A program made the translations under genes and the position numbers. Below the pieces are notes generated by a model. The model made no database searches. It was not told the origin of the DNA and saw only the letters and a list, made by a program, of their open reading frames with translations. A DNA stretch of 64,000 nucleotides from Octopus vulgaris (lineage: Eukaryota): positions 46,810,001 through 46,874,000 of the forward strand of contig OX597822.1 in assembly GCA_951406725.2 (NCBI GenBank), in the 5' to 3' direction. Within the stretch, counting starts at the first letter, position 1; each line of letters opens with the position of its first letter. Positions 63,001 through 64,000 of the stretch are shown here, piece after piece.

Positions 63001-64000
63001 CACACTTAAAACTTTATCTGAAGAAAAAAGTTTCAAGTCTAAACTTGGACCATGCCTTTATGAAGTCATGTGTTGCTTATCTGAAGCATGAAGGATGTCT
63101 TCTGGAGTCAGTTATGTATGTTGCAAAGTTAATTTGATGACAGTTGCATAGTATTTATGTTATAGTGGTGCTATCTAATTTATCTGCTCTATTGGTACTC
63201 AGAATCAATAAATACTATATGAGTGGCCCTCTAATGATATATTAAGTCCTGTGTTGATACAGTAAGTTATTGGTAAACCATGCATTTGTTTCTCTTTTCA
63301 TTCTAAATCTCTTCAATTATACTTTTAGAGAGATATATCTTTCCTCTTAATCTCTGGTACCATTCTGGTTTAAGAAATCTGATATTGTTTACAGAATCAT
63401 TGATAGTGTTTCCAATTGACACAGTGTACATAATTTACAAATTAGCTTAAATTAAAATTGATTGAAAATACAGTTTGAAATTATTATTTACCAAAATTAG
63501 ATCATCAGTCAAAATACCATGTATTTCTTATGGCTCTTTGTTCTGAATGAAAATCCCACTGAGGTCAGCTTTCCCTTTATCCCTTTGGAGTCTAAAAATA
63601 AATACCAGTCGAATAGTCAAATGTGTCTAAATCGGAAACCATTTTGGTCTCCCTCTCCTTTCTTCTCATTGGTAATTCTTTGAAGTTTGTCTGAACAGCT
63701 TCTGAGAGTGACCTTCACTGTCCAGGTAAAATGAGTTCAGTCTGAGCTGAACAATCTTAATAATACCAATAATTAGCTGGTTGACACTTATACATATCAA
63801 GTCATTGACAATATTTGGCCTCTGGTTGCACTACTCTTTAGCTTGGACCATGTGAACATGGTTTTGTGCGATATCAAAATCTCTGCTTAGCTGTAGCCAT
63901 GGGTTTTACATGCTTCATTTCATCCTAGTTTTTTCAGAGTAATTTCACATATTTGATTTTTAATATCCTTGTTTACACCTGTTGTAAACAAGGAAATATG

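Noticed and set aside
63650-63732. Possible 27-nt plus-strand microexon (aacag|cttctg..tccag|gtaaaa)
   Set aside because: Weak donor, no recognisable peptide, no supporting context.

Overview
AT-rich, repeat-dense eukaryotic DNA whose SINE/RTE content looks like an octopus (coleoid cephalopod) genome; the taxon is inferred. I reconstructed one complete gene by hand: CLP1 (RNA 5'-OH kinase, part of the tRNA-splicing and cleavage factor II machinery). It lies on the minus strand with 13 coding exons from ATG 43160 to TAA 4731 (1287 nt, 428 aa). It includes a U12-type AT-AC intron (22157-23607), a 28-nt microexon and a 17.9-kb intron 2. Upstream is a CpG-retaining, probably bidirectional promoter with a Staf/ZNF143-type site and a plus-strand donor at 43820, so the last 20 kb is probably the first intron of an unidentified divergent gene. 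The rest is tRNA-derived SINEs, RTE and CR1/L2-like LINE relics, and mariner, hAT and piggyBac-type MITEs. Notable extras: two Penelope-type hammerhead-like motifs (one with a compensatory G3-C8 core), an orphan CDK12/13 fragment, a candidate alternative last exon of CLP1, and large inverted duplications. Nearly all ORFs in the supplied track are repeat artefacts. Repeat boundaries are approximate; exon boundaries were checked base by base.
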